The notes below the pieces were generated by a model. That model worked only from the letters and a program-made list of their open reading frames with translations, was not told the DNA's origin and ran no database searches. A stretch of DNA of 64,000 nucleotides. Origin: a virus (lineage: Duplodnaviria > Heunggongvirae > Uroviricota > Caudoviricetes). Location: the IMG/VR virus record IMGVR_UViG_3300042868_003731, positions 89,967-153,966 of that record; one strand, given 5' to 3'. This document shows positions 45,809-55,097 of this stretch, one piece after another. The stretch's first letter is position 1. Each line of letters begins with the position of its first letter. The position numbers were made by a program, and so were the translations under genes.

Positions 45809-48433
45809 ATGGCAAGACCAAATGTCCTTACCTATAAGGGCAGTGGCATATTACAGATCATAAACGACTCTGAGTTTGAAGCGATCGCTGAAGTTGTTCT
45901 TGAAAAGTTTGCTTCTGTTGACGGGCCCGGTAACATATACAACGCACAAGGTGCAAACACCGCTTATGTAGCAATAGGTGATTTCACTGATACACGATAT
46001 CAGGGAGCTATTGGAACTGGAGACGTTACACTTCTTTCTACAACATACACTCTTTATCAGGATAGAACGAGTAACTACGGATCTGTCACGAATCCACCAT
46101 TACATTGGAACGGAACTGATATTAAGATCGCGAACAATACAGAGCTCAACGATCTTGCCGATGCTATTATACAATATATGGTTATTGGAGATGGCCCAGG
46201 TGGTTACGTGTTAACAAGCGCCGCGCCGGCTGGAGGTACTTGGGTATCCATCGGAAGCATTAACAACGTTCAAGACACAGCAAATACTACTGTAACCACG
46301 TTATTTAAAAAGATATCGGGTACTACCACTCTTACACACAGTCCTCTTAAACATGTATCTGGCGGAACCATTCAGATCATGACTCAGGCCGAAATAGAAC
46401 AGCTAGTCGAAAAAGTAAGAGAAAGAATTATAACAACACAGATAGGTTACTATGCATTTCAGCTAGCTGCGCCAACGCCAGGGACTTGGGCTGAAATGGG
46501 TACTATCCTTGACACAAGACCTACGATATCTGCGCAAGATTATGTAGGCCCGATATATACTTCTGATGTGAATTATACCGGTATTATTCCTATAAGCTAT
46601 CTTGGCGGTTCGGACGTACCGTATGACACAGATTACATAGGAACATACGACACTGATTACGTTTCTTCTGTTATTGTTGGTTATGACGGTGTTGCACCGG
46701 CGGCATACACTACCACCTTTGAAGGGCCTAGTGGTATAAACTATCTAGGTCCGGGTTTTGCAACATACGATGGAGACTATCTTGGCGGGATTGTATACGA
46801 TGGAGTTGCGCCAACGAACTATGTCGGCGATTACATCGGTCCTATTTCTTATGTCGGCGTTACACCGGCTACTTACGTAGCAGATTATGTAGGACCAGCT
46901 ACGTACGTTGGTATCACTCCTATCACGTATGTGACTGGGTTTATTGGTCCAGTCACATACGTTGGACCTGCAGAGGTTACCTATGATAGTACTCGATTCG
47001 TGACAGTTAACTATCTTGGTCCGTTGGCGGACTCTATTAACTATGCAGGAACGACTCCGGCTTCATATCTAGGACCCTCTGCGCCAGTCACATATATTGG
47101 GCCTTTGGATGGAGTTCTATATGTATCTACGGATACGGACGGTGCTCCTTATGCATCTCAATCCGGAGTCCCAAACGTAAACTATCTTGGTCCTGGCCCG
47201 GCAAACTTTACAAACTATACGTTATTTCCTCTATACTTAGGTCCTAGCGCAGAACCTTTCTATCTAGGAGACATTACAACTGTTAACTACCTTGGCCCAG
47301 GAGGTCCTGCTGCGAACTACACTTCGTTAGTTGCTAACGTCACAAACTATCTTGGCCCGGGCACGGCGAATGCTATAAATTATGTTGGGCCAGGCGCAGC
47401 GAATTCTATAAACTATCTCGGGCCAGGGCCGGGCATCACGTACGTGAGAACCAAAACATTATCATACGTTGGCCCTGGCCCGGCGAATGCTACAAACTAC
47501 CTCGGCCCTGGTGCAGCTACAAGCTACCTCGGCCCTGGCGCGGATACCAACTACTTAGGCCCAGGAAACCAAGATTATCAAGGGTCGCAAAAACTAAACT
47601 TCGTAGATTATACTTCCATACCATCAATTAACTACGTAGGTCCTGCGACTCCGGATGCCATAAACTACGAGTCAGACAACGCAATAAATTATCTTGGATC
47701 TGGTGCACCAGTTAACTATCTCGGTGCCGGGCCTGATGTTAGTTACTTGGGCCCTCTTGACGGCCCTACATATATCGGTCCAGGAACTACTCCAGACGGA
47801 GCCGGATATATTGGTATACCGGAAGTATTATATACTGCGCTCATTGCTGCAGATTATCTCGGAACAAACCCAGATGGAGCGGTTTATGATACGGTTATAG
47901 CCTATCTTGGCAACTACGCTGGATTAACTCCAGATGCTGGCAGTTATATATTATCTGTTACATACGAGAGTGAATACGCCGGTGTGACTCCCGCAAGCTA
48001 CGTTGGAGTGTTAACATACGATATAGATTACTTAGGAGTGACGGCGGCAAACTATGACAACACAGTTGCTTATCTAGGAGACTACGTTGGTATTGGACCG
48101 GTGTCGTATATAAGTGAAACTACATATCTAGGACAATTTGTAGGATTTGCTCCAGTGTTTTATGTTGGGACCCTGTCATATATTACCGATTACATAGGAG
48201 TCACAGGTGGGGTCTTCTCTAGTCCTTTACCATCCAGCTATACTAGCTCTTATGATGGTCCTGCATATACTACAACATACATTGCAGCCGTCCCGGATAC
48301 GGTAAATTATGACTCTACAGTACCAAACGATTATGCTGGAGCTGTAGACTATCAGAGTACATATGCAGGATCGATAATAAATAATAATAGCTCAGTAATC
48401 TCTACGAAAACTCTTTGGAGAAGGATTCTTTAA
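45809..48433 (+). CDS. Tyr-Gly repeat protein, probable virion fibre/appendage
   Basis: Three N-terminal modules, then about 600 aa of Y-x-G-(P/V/D) repeats (NYLGPG core). Confidence 0.65.
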   Translation: MARPNVLTYKGSGILQIINDSEFEAIAEVVLEKFASVDGPGNIYNAQGANTAYVAIGDFTDTRYQGAIGTGDVTLLSTTYTLYQDRTSNYGSVTNPPLHWNGTDIKIANNTELNDLADAIIQYMVIGDGPGGYVLTSAAPAGGTWVSIGSINNVQDTANTTVTTLFKKISGTTTLTHSPLKHVSGGTIQIMTQAEIEQLVEKVRERIITTQIGYYAFQLAAPTPGTWAEMGTILDTRPTISAQDYVGPIYTSDVNYTGIIPISYLGGSDVPYDTDYIGTYDTDYVSSVIVGYDGVAPAAYTTTFEGPSGINYLGPGFATYDGDYLGGIVYDGVAPTNYVGDYIGPISYVGVTPATYVADYVGPATYVGITPITYVTGFIGPVTYVGPAEVTYDSTRFVTVNYLGPLADSINYAGTTPASYLGPSAPVTYIGPLDGVLYVSTDTDGAPYASQSGVPNVNYLGPGPANFTNYTLFPLYLGPSAEPFYLGDITTVNYLGPGGPAANYTSLVANVTNYLGPGTANAINYVGPGAANSINYLGPGPGITYVRTKTLSYVGPGPANATNYLGPGAATSYLGPGADTNYLGPGNQDYQGSQKLNFVDYTSIPSINYVGPATPDAINYESDNAINYLGSGAPVNYLGAGPDVSYLGPLDGPTYIGPGTTPDGAGYIGIPEVLYTALIAADYLGTNPDGAVYDTVIAYLGNYAGLTPDAGSYILSVTYESEYAGVTPASYVGVLTYDIDYLGVTAANYDNTVAYLGDYVGIGPVSYISETTYLGQFVGFAPVFYVGTLSYITDYIGVTGGVFSSPLPSSYTSSYDGPAYTTTYIAAVPDTVNYDSTVPNDYAGAVDYQSTYAGSIINNNSSVISTKTLWRRIL

Positions 48434-48436
48434 ATT

Positions 48437-48928
48437 ATGGTTGAAAAAATACTAAACCCTGAATATGTAGACTTGGAAAAGACGAGAGTAAGATTTAAGA
48501 TAATACGTGAAGATGGAATCGAAAGCGTTGCTGAACTTACTGTTCCGAATAATAAAAGAAAAGGCGTGAATAAGTATTGGGATCGAATCGTTGATGAATT
48601 TGATATCGAAGAAATGCGTCAGAAAAGAAACCGCATCGAAGCGGAACAGAGAAATCATAAAAAGCACGCCGACGAAAAGAGAAGGACTCAAGAGAAAGTC
48701 ATAGAGCTTAAGACTCTTTTCAACGAAAAAACAAAAGTCCTAGAACTTCCATTTATTCGTGACGCAGGAACAGATATAAAATCTGCAATACGAAGAGCGC
48801 CAACGAAAGCTGTATTAGACTTTATTGTTACAGATATCACGAGAAAGTTTATGGAAAATCAGGGTATGGACTACAACGATTATCTAGACTACCTAGATGA
48901 TCTCGAGGAAGAAGCCGAAACAACTTGA
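48437..48928 (+). CDS. Hypothetical protein (possible assembly chaperone)
   Basis: Clean ORF coupled to the repeat protein; central coiled coil. Confidence 0.5.
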   Translation: MVEKILNPEYVDLEKTRVRFKIIREDGIESVAELTVPNNKRKGVNKYWDRIVDEFDIEEMRQKRNRIEAEQRNHKKHADEKRRTQEKVIELKTLFNEKTKVLELPFIRDAGTDIKSAIRRAPTKAVLDFIVTDITRKFMENQGMDYNDYLDYLDDLEEEAETT

Positions 48929-48942
48929 AATGAGATTGATTT

Positions 48943-49770
48943 ATGAATGATGTAGAAAAAAGTGAAAATGGTTTCATATACGTTGCTTCAAAAGAAAAAC
49001 TATTCTATGAACTCGCCATGCTGTCCGGAGAGTCTCTTCGAACAATGCATAGAAACGCTCACATAACTCTCTTTACTCACGAAGCTTGGGTTGACGATAG
49101 AGCAAGAGAGATTTTTAATAACGTGATCACCGGCATTCCGGTTCACGAGCGAGCAAAGATGTGGTGTATGGCAAGGACTCCATACGAGAATACATTCTAC
49201 AACGACGTAGACTCGCAGATCGTAAGCAGTAAGATAAAGAACGTATTCGACGAGATTAAAGACTGCGACATGTTCTTCACAGAGAGTTACTGGTATACAA
49301 CCGGTAACTATAAGTGGTCTTTCTTTGATAAGGAACAAAAGATACCAGTAAAGTATCATGGTGCGGTCTGCGGTTACAGAAAGACAGACCTAACGATAGA
49401 TTTTATGCAGACGTGGTTCGATGAATATCTAAAACAAAGAACCGAACCGTGGACATACGACTTCGCTTGGCCCGATTGGAAAATATTTGATATGTTTACT
49501 CTTTGGAGACTAACTTCCGGCAGATGGAAAGAGTTTGAACGATTTAACAACTTAAATATAAAGATAGGCCCAAAGGTGTACAACGCTACGATACACGATG
49601 GAAAGGATCTATACGATGGAAAACGTCCGATCGTATATCAGATAGATAAGGTATCCATGAGATCTAAGGATATGACACATTTTTATGAAAGACTACAGAA
49701 GGGATTGAATGATGAAAGAAGTTTGCCTAAAAAGTCAAAGACTGACGAAAATTCTATCTGGTATAACTGA
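48943..49770 (+). CDS. GT-A fold glycosyltransferase (GT8/GT64-like)
   Basis: GFIYVAS..A..S.ESLR......TLFT and AKMW.M..TPY..TFYNDVD (DxD). Confidence 0.7.
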   Translation: MNDVEKSENGFIYVASKEKLFYELAMLSGESLRTMHRNAHITLFTHEAWVDDRAREIFNNVITGIPVHERAKMWCMARTPYENTFYNDVDSQIVSSKIKNVFDEIKDCDMFFTESYWYTTGNYKWSFFDKEQKIPVKYHGAVCGYRKTDLTIDFMQTWFDEYLKQRTEPWTYDFAWPDWKIFDMFTLWRLTSGRWKEFERFNNLNIKIGPKVYNATIHDGKDLYDGKRPIVYQIDKVSMRSKDMTHFYERLQKGLNDERSLPKKSKTDENSIWYN

Positions 49771-50428
49771 AGATGTCTTTAAAGAAGAAAATATAAAAAG
49801 ACTATCTGAAGAAGCTAGACGTAAAGAAAAAAAAGATAATCTAATTACAGATTTACATTCTGTAGACGATGCATATTTTAGAAAAGCATTAAAGTACCCA
49901 TTAAAAGATTTTGCGTATCCTAGAGCTGCGTTAGGTATAGGAACCATAAGTACTGACATTGATAAAAGTAGTTTCTTTCACGAATTAGTGGCAAAAAAGT
50001 TAATGCGTCTTCAGAACACCGTTGGGTCTGCACAAAACGCGCTATGTATGTTGTATCCTGACGACGGTTACATCGGGTGGCATCATAACGGTAACGCTCC
50101 AGGATATAATGTATTGTTCTCATATAGCCAGGACGGCGATGGGCACTTTAAGTACTACGATAAAGAAAAAGACGAAGTAGTGTATATGTATGACAAGCCA
50201 GGTTGGAACGTTAAGTGCGGATACTATCCTTCAGAAGTCAAGGAACCGAATAGAGTGTACTGGCATGCAGCTTCAACTAAGAAAGCCAGATTGTCGATCG
50301 CCTTTGTTATACACAATAGAGACATGTGGGTTAATATGGTGGAGTACATTACAGATAGCGATTACGATAAGCATGCTATAGAATCTCAAGGACCACTTAA
50401 AGATCTTAAATCAAATGGATATATTTAA
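49709..50428 (+). CDS. 2OG-Fe(II)-oxygenase/cupin-like protein
   Basis: YP.DGYIGWHHN (HxN in place of HxD), YWHAA (distal His) and RLSIAF (2OG-binding Arg). Confidence 0.65.
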   Translation: MMKEVCLKSQRLTKILSGITEDVFKEENIKRLSEEARRKEKKDNLITDLHSVDDAYFRKALKYPLKDFAYPRAALGIGTISTDIDKSSFFHELVAKKLMRLQNTVGSAQNALCMLYPDDGYIGWHHNGNAPGYNVLFSYSQDGDGHFKYYDKEKDEVVYMYDKPGWNVKCGYYPSEVKEPNRVYWHAASTKKARLSIAFVIHNRDMWVNMVEYITDSDYDKHAIESQGPLKDLKSNGYI

Positions 50429-51068
50429 AAACATATCATGTTTTATGATAGTGATAGAGAACGACGAAAGGTCTGAGTACTATCACGATTATTGCAAGCC
50501 GAGTTGGGAAAGTGTAGGGATCACAGTCAATCGCTTTAACGCGATAACACCAAAGACGTTACACAGACAGAAAGACCTAAAGTTCGCAAAATACTCTACT
50601 TCTCCTAAGTATGTAGTAAGAGGATTGAAGGTTGAGATAACCGAAACAGAACGTGCATGCTTCTACAGTCATTTTCGTCTCTGGCAAGAATCAGTCTTTA
50701 CGAACAAACCTATTCTAATACTCGAACACGACTGCATATTACAAGATCCTTCAAAACTTTGGTGTAACAATCTTTACGGAATTACATTCTACGATCGCGC
50801 TGCAATGGGTAGCTATATCATTCAGCCCTGGTTCGCAAAGGATCTAATAGAGCATATGTATGGAGTAGAGATAAGTAATGGACCGTACTCTCATATAGAA
50901 AAGTTTGCCTTTCAAAATAATAGAATGAAAGAGTTAGTCAATGTTAAACATGATCTCTTTATTCCAGCTTCAGACCAGGTAATGTCAATGAAGTATGGCG
51001 GAACGATAGATCACTATTCAAACGACAAAGACGAATATAAGAAACATAATTTTGTAATGATACCATAA
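50415..51068 (+). CDS. GT25-like glycosyltransferase
   Basis: FMI.I...ERS, RFNAI and E.ACF.SH..LW........ILILEHD. Confidence 0.7.
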   Translation: MDIFKNISCFMIVIENDERSEYYHDYCKPSWESVGITVNRFNAITPKTLHRQKDLKFAKYSTSPKYVVRGLKVEITETERACFYSHFRLWQESVFTNKPILILEHDCILQDPSKLWCNNLYGITFYDRAAMGSYIIQPWFAKDLIEHMYGVEISNGPYSHIEKFAFQNNRMKELVNVKHDLFIPASDQVMSMKYGGTIDHYSNDKDEYKKHNFVMIP

Positions 51069-51078
51069 GGTTGATAGA

Positions 51079-52071
51079 ATGAATGATTATTCAATACCGC
51101 TCAATATAGACAGAGCCGTCATAGAGATCAACGGGGGCTGCAACTATACCTGTCAGATGTGTCCTCAGACGAATGCTGACGGTACGCATGGTGGACGAGG
51201 TAAGGACTGGCTCAAGAAGATGTCTCTCGAAGATTTTGAGAGAGCAGTTGCCGAGTGTGCAGAAGCAGGTCTTAATGTTGTGAACCTTGAAGGATCTGGC
51301 GAGCCGACTCTAAATCGTAATCTTCCGGAATACATTGCTATCGTAAAAAAGTACGGAGCGAAAGCTTTCATATACACAAACGGTTATAACCTTCGAGGCG
51401 ACTTCATGAAGGAATGTGTCGATGCTGGGTTAGATCTTGCCAGGTTCTCGATCATTGGCTACAATCAAGCGATGTATAGAAAGTGGATGAATCGATACGC
51501 TTTTGATACGGTTAAGCAAAACGCAATTGACATGAAGAACTACATCAAGGAAAGGAATTCTAATTGCATCGTAGCATCCTATCACCTTATACTCGATAAC
51601 GATCAGGAAGAATACGAAGTCTCTGAATACAGAAAGAACTTTATTGACGTAGTAGGATCGCACGCAGAGATATGGAAGATGCATAACTGGTCGGGAGTAT
51701 ACGATCCAACATATAAGAGAAAGGGAGAGAAGAGAACCTGTGGGCGTCCATTCTCACCCGATATCACTATACGTGCTGGTGGAAGCAACGGTACCAAGTT
51801 ATCTGTAGCACCGTGCTGTCAAGTGCTTGGAAGAGATGCAGAAGCAGATTTAGGATCGTTAGAGAATAAGTCTGTCGAAGAAGTATGGAATGGTGATAGA
51901 TATAAGTGGTTGCGACAGATGCATACCGAAAAAAGATTCGACGAGGTTTCTTTTTGCAAGGACTGTGATTTCTTGTATGAGGATAACGAAGTACTTGTGT
52001 GGAAGAACAACGACCTAGTAGACATTAATAAGATGAAAGGGACAAAGTTCGACCTTGGAGACTTTAAGTAA
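51079..52071 (+). CDS. Radical SAM enzyme with SPASM/Twitch domain
   Basis: CNYTCQMCP (CxxxCxxC), GEP.LN, TNG and C.RPF..PCC..LG.L....VEEVWNG..C..C. Confidence 0.9.
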   Translation: MNDYSIPLNIDRAVIEINGGCNYTCQMCPQTNADGTHGGRGKDWLKKMSLEDFERAVAECAEAGLNVVNLEGSGEPTLNRNLPEYIAIVKKYGAKAFIYTNGYNLRGDFMKECVDAGLDLARFSIIGYNQAMYRKWMNRYAFDTVKQNAIDMKNYIKERNSNCIVASYHLILDNDQEEYEVSEYRKNFIDVVGSHAEIWKMHNWSGVYDPTYKRKGEKRTCGRPFSPDITIRAGGSNGTKLSVAPCCQVLGRDAEADLGSLENKSVEEVWNGDRYKWLRQMHTEKRFDEVSFCKDCDFLYEDNEVLVWKNNDLVDINKMKGTKFDLGDFK

Positions 52072-52759
52072 GTCTTTCCCATTCAAATGTAATTATCTTT
52101 TTATTTGGATCCGGCTTTTTCATTCTTTGCATTACGACATCGTAGTCTTTTTTACTTGGATTCGTTAAATCATTTTCAGAACGTATCTCTTTATTGTCCA
52201 ATCTTAAGGATGCAGATCTTAAGAGTAATATATTAATGTCGTGTAGAAGTTTCTCATCGCCAAAAAACTTCAGTTGCTCAAAGAATTGACGATCTCCGTT
52301 TCTATAACCTATCCATTCCTCATCGTATCCACCGGCACTAAAGAAGTGAGTCTTACTTATTAAATAATCGTTAACAGACTCGTGCACATTCTTTCCTATG
52401 TTGAAAGAATGCGCCACAAATCTATACAGACGATTCCCTTTTAGTGTTTTTCTTTTTATCTGTTCTATAGAATATGCTGGGTCTTCTAACTTTCGATCAG
52501 AATCCAAGAGTATCACAAACTCGTTTGATGACTCTTTCATTATAAGATTTCTGCACCCGTGAGAATTAAACCCATAGTCCTTTTTGACACGATACAATTT
52601 TAGTTTTTCTGACGGTTGAACATAATTCAATATGTGATAAATATCAGAGGATCCATCGTCTACAATGACTAATTCGTCAACGTGTTCCAGATGGTGATCA
52701 ATAAAATTTACTATGTTTTCGGGATTGTTGTAATAAGTAGTCCCTAGGGAGATCTTCAT
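52064..52759 (-). CDS. GT2 family glycosyltransferase (inverted orientation)
   Basis: TTYYN, LVIVDDGS, RNL, ILLDSD (DxD) and GGYDE..GY..GD. Confidence 0.8.
   Translation of the reverse strand: MKISLGTTYYNNPENIVNFIDHHLEHVDELVIVDDGSSDIYHILNYVQPSEKLKLYRVKKDYGFNSHGCRNLIMKESSNEFVILLDSDRKLEDPAYSIEQIKRKTLKGNRLYRFVAHSFNIGKNVHESVNDYLISKTHFFSAGGYDEEWIGYRNGDRQFFEQLKFFGDEKLLHDINILLLRSASLRLDNKEIRSENDLTNPSKKDYDVVMQRMKKPDPNKKIITFEWERLT
52636..52643 (+). promoter_or_regulatory. Late-promoter variant inside GT2, oriented towards the 2OG oxygenase
   Basis: GATAAATA, 115 nt before ATG 52758. Confidence 0.35.
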
Positions 52760-53357
52760 GGATAACTTTTCTAAATATATTGCAAGCGGTAAACTTACGC
52801 GAAACGAAGTAAGAAAACTGTCAAAGGACGCAAATATTTATAAAGAAGATCGCTTTAATGCACAGCTTTCCAGTTCTGGCAAGGGTAGACTAGATACAAG
52901 TATTCGCAATTCTACGATCTTCTTTCCAAAAGCCGATAAGTATCCTAACACATTTAGCATACTTCAATCCGCGATAATAAGCGAGTACTCTTCGATATGC
53001 TCTTACATAGACTTAACAAATATTGCTGAGATACAGTATGCAAGATACGAAAAAGGTAACTTCTTTAAAAAACACAAAGACACCTTGTATGATACTAACA
53101 TAAAAAGAATTCTCACGTGCTCGATTAATCTATCAGAAGAAAATGATTATGGTGGTGGTGAGTTAGTCGTGTTTGATAACAATAATAACGAAATAGCAAA
53201 GCTTTCAAAAGAAATCGGAAGCTTCATAATATTTCCAGCCGTGTTTTACCATGAAGCTAGGATCGTAGAATCTGGAACACGCGAAGCAATCGTGACTTGG
53301 ATACACGAAAGCGACGCAGTTTTAAATAAGTTCAAAAAAGAAATGAACTTGGAATGA
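52758..53357 (+). CDS. 2OG-Fe(II) oxygenase, prolyl-4-hydroxylase-like
   Basis: Q.ARY..G.FF..HKD (HxD), R.L...INL...DY.GGEL, FP...HE.R.V..G.R....W; AGGGAG RBS. Confidence 0.88.
   Translation: MDNFSKYIASGKLTRNEVRKLSKDANIYKEDRFNAQLSSSGKGRLDTSIRNSTIFFPKADKYPNTFSILQSAIISEYSSICSYIDLTNIAEIQYARYEKGNFFKKHKDTLYDTNIKRILTCSINLSEENDYGGGELVVFDNNNNEIAKLSKEIGSFIIFPAVFYHEARIVESGTREAIVTWIHESDAVLNKFKKEMNLE
52835..52842 (-). promoter_or_regulatory. Late promoter for the inverted GT2, embedded in the oxygenase ORF
   Basis: TATTTATA on + equals exact TATAAATA on -, 76 nt upstream of the GT2 start. Confidence 0.6.
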
Positions 53358-53367
53358 GTAGATAGAA

Positions 53368-54039
53368 TTGATATTTGAAAAGAACGACCAGAGCGTATGC
53401 TTTGTGCATATACCCAGAAATGGTGGGCGACACTTTATCAGTCTACTCAAGAAGAATTCTTACATACAAAACAAAAAGTGTAAAGAAATTTTTTATACTC
53501 ACTTTTATAAAGATAGTGAGTACATGCATATAACATACGAAGAACTCAAAGATATCCACGGAGAATTAAAAAACTCTAAAAAGATCATCATATTTAGAAA
53601 TCCTCTAGATCGTTTCTTATCTACAGTTAATTCTGAGTGGTCAATGAAATTGTTTTTTGGTGGGTATGAAAATTTTCATCTAATGAACGACCCTATATAC
53701 TTTAAGTATGTTATGAAAGAAAAACCGTATTCGTTAAGAACTAAGGGAAAATACTTTATTTTTAAAGGTCTTACCAATATGTTTAACAATTGGTTCAAAC
53801 CGCAAGTAGATTTTTTTAATGAAGACTTTTACGTTTGGAAATTTGAAAACGGGTTCAACGACGAGTTCGTAGAGTTTCTAACAAAAGATGTCGGTTTGGA
53901 TATAAATATAAACGTAAAAGACATATACGATAGAGCTTTTTACGATGATAAGATAAAAGATTTTTCATTATCTGAAGAGCTCAAAGAAAACGTCCTGAAC
54001 TTTTATAAAAAAGACTATGAGTTCTGGAAACAACTTTAA
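53368..54039 (+). CDS. Sulfotransferase-family protein
   Basis: FVHIPRNGG (5'-PSB-like) and IFRNPLDRFLS (3'-PB); TTG start is uncertain. Confidence 0.7.
   Translation: MIFEKNDQSVCFVHIPRNGGRHFISLLKKNSYIQNKKCKEIFYTHFYKDSEYMHITYEELKDIHGELKNSKKIIIFRNPLDRFLSTVNSEWSMKLFFGGYENFHLMNDPIYFKYVMKEKPYSLRTKGKYFIFKGLTNMFNNWFKPQVDFFNEDFYVWKFENGFNDEFVEFLTKDVGLDININVKDIYDRAFYDDKIKDFSLSEELKENVLNFYKKDYEFWKQL
53901..53908 (+). promoter_or_regulatory. Possible late promoter
   Basis: Exact TATAAATA about 150 nt upstream of ATG 54056, but in AT-rich coding sequence. Confidence 0.35.
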
Positions 54040-54055
54040 TATGAGGAGAGTGAAG

Positions 54056-54355
54056 ATGAAAGGTGACTACAAACTTATTTTTTTACAAAATGATAAGACT
54101 TATATAGCAGAAGTAAAATCTGAGACCAGCAAGACGATAGAACTAATCAATCCTATGTCTGTTGAATACAAGTTTAATGCAGAAAGCATGCCAGTTTTTA
54201 GATACGTGCCTTGGCAGATTCTGTCTGCAGAAGCAATCGTTGAACTTAATAAAAGTAGCATTGTTATGATGACAAAGCCAAAGGTAGAAATGCTGGACGT
54301 CTATCAGAGAATATGCATATCATTCATACCAGTCGAGCCAGACGAAGAAGACTAA
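54056..54355 (+). CDS. Small Sm-like-fold hypothetical phage protein
   Basis: GAGGAG RBS before ATG 54056; L.....IAEV......L.NP...PW...S......I.K..I pattern. Confidence 0.55.
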   Translation: MKGDYKLIFLQNDKTYIAEVKSETSKTIELINPMSVEYKFNAESMPVFRYVPWQILSAEAIVELNKSSIVMMTKPKVEMLDVYQRICISFIPVEPDEED

Positions 54356-54390
54356 AGTTTCTTCCACTTCTACATTGTGATTTAGAATTG

Positions 54391-54415
54391 AGAGGGACGA
54401 ATAGTCCCTCTTTTT
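54391..54415 (+). terminator. Rho-independent terminator
   Basis: AGAGGGAC-GAATA-GTCCCTCT followed by TTTT. Confidence 0.8.
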
Positions 54416-54422
54416 ATAAATA
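54415..54422 (+). promoter_or_regulatory. Late promoter of the fibre cassette 2 region
   Basis: Exact TATAAATA sharing its first T with the terminator U-tract. Confidence 0.75.
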
Positions 54423-54446
54423 GAAACAAAAGTGGAGATAGAATAC

Positions 54447-54785
54447 ATGGCAACTCGCGCAAACTTGTATGTAGACCAAGGTGTTGATTATTCAATCGAC
54501 CTATATCTAACGACTAACGAAGGCGCGGATTACAGCGTTTCGAATAAGTCTTTCTACTGTAATATTAAGAAGTTGTACGCTTCATCTGCGGTAGCAAACG
54601 CAGAGATCACGACTCACGTCAACGCAAATACGAGTATGATAGAGTTATACATTCCTCCAGAAACCACAGAAGATCTTGATCCTGGAAAATATACATATGA
54701 TATACTCATGGTGGATCTAAGTGGGTCTAGGACAAAAGTTTTAGAGGGTCTTATGTTTATTCTTCCAACTGTCACGAGGTTATAA
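54447..54785 (+). CDS. Conserved small virion protein (Ig/BppU-like)
   Basis: ANLYVDQG.D...K.Y.SS...L......T..L.PGKY.YD......G..KVLEG.....P.VT; start moved to ATG 54447. Confidence 0.65.
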   Translation: MATRANLYVDQGVDYSIDLYLTTNEGADYSVSNKSFYCNIKKLYASSAVANAEITTHVNANTSMIELYIPPETTEDLDPGKYTYDILMVDLSGSRTKVLEGLMFILPTVTRL

Positions 54786-54788
54786 TAG

Positions 54789-55097
54789 ATGGCAAGAGAA
54801 AGAATTAACGTAACAGTTGGTCAAGCATCTATACCAATTGGCCGCGAGAATGTTAAAGTATTCGCAAGCCAATCTGGGCCTGTGATCGTTGGTCAAGCGA
54901 CAGTTCCAGTTGGAACAGAACGCCCAAAGATATTTACAAACCAATCGAACCTCGTAATAAGAAGACTTGAGGATCTTGCGGACGTAAATCTAAACAATAA
55001 TGTAAACGGCGCAATTCTTGTTTACAACTCCTCATCACAGACGTTTATCGCAACAAATATACTTAACGCGCAAGTCATTGACGGCGGCACATACTAA
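54789..55097 (+). CDS. Small fibre-associated protein
   Basis: L.DLADVN.....GAILVYN...F.AT......IDGG.Y motif typical of fibre accessory genes. Confidence 0.55.
   Translation: MARERINVTVGQASIPIGRENVKVFASQSGPVIVGQATVPVGTERPKIFTNQSNLVIRRLEDLADVNLNNNVNGAILVYNSSSQTFIATNILNAQVIDGGTY

Noticed and set aside
52758-53357. The oxygenase as a prolyl hydroxylase for the collagen fibres
   Set aside because: The collagen tracts are almost Pro-free (only occasional GPQ), so they are unlikely main substrates; the YLGP protein or small molecules fit better.
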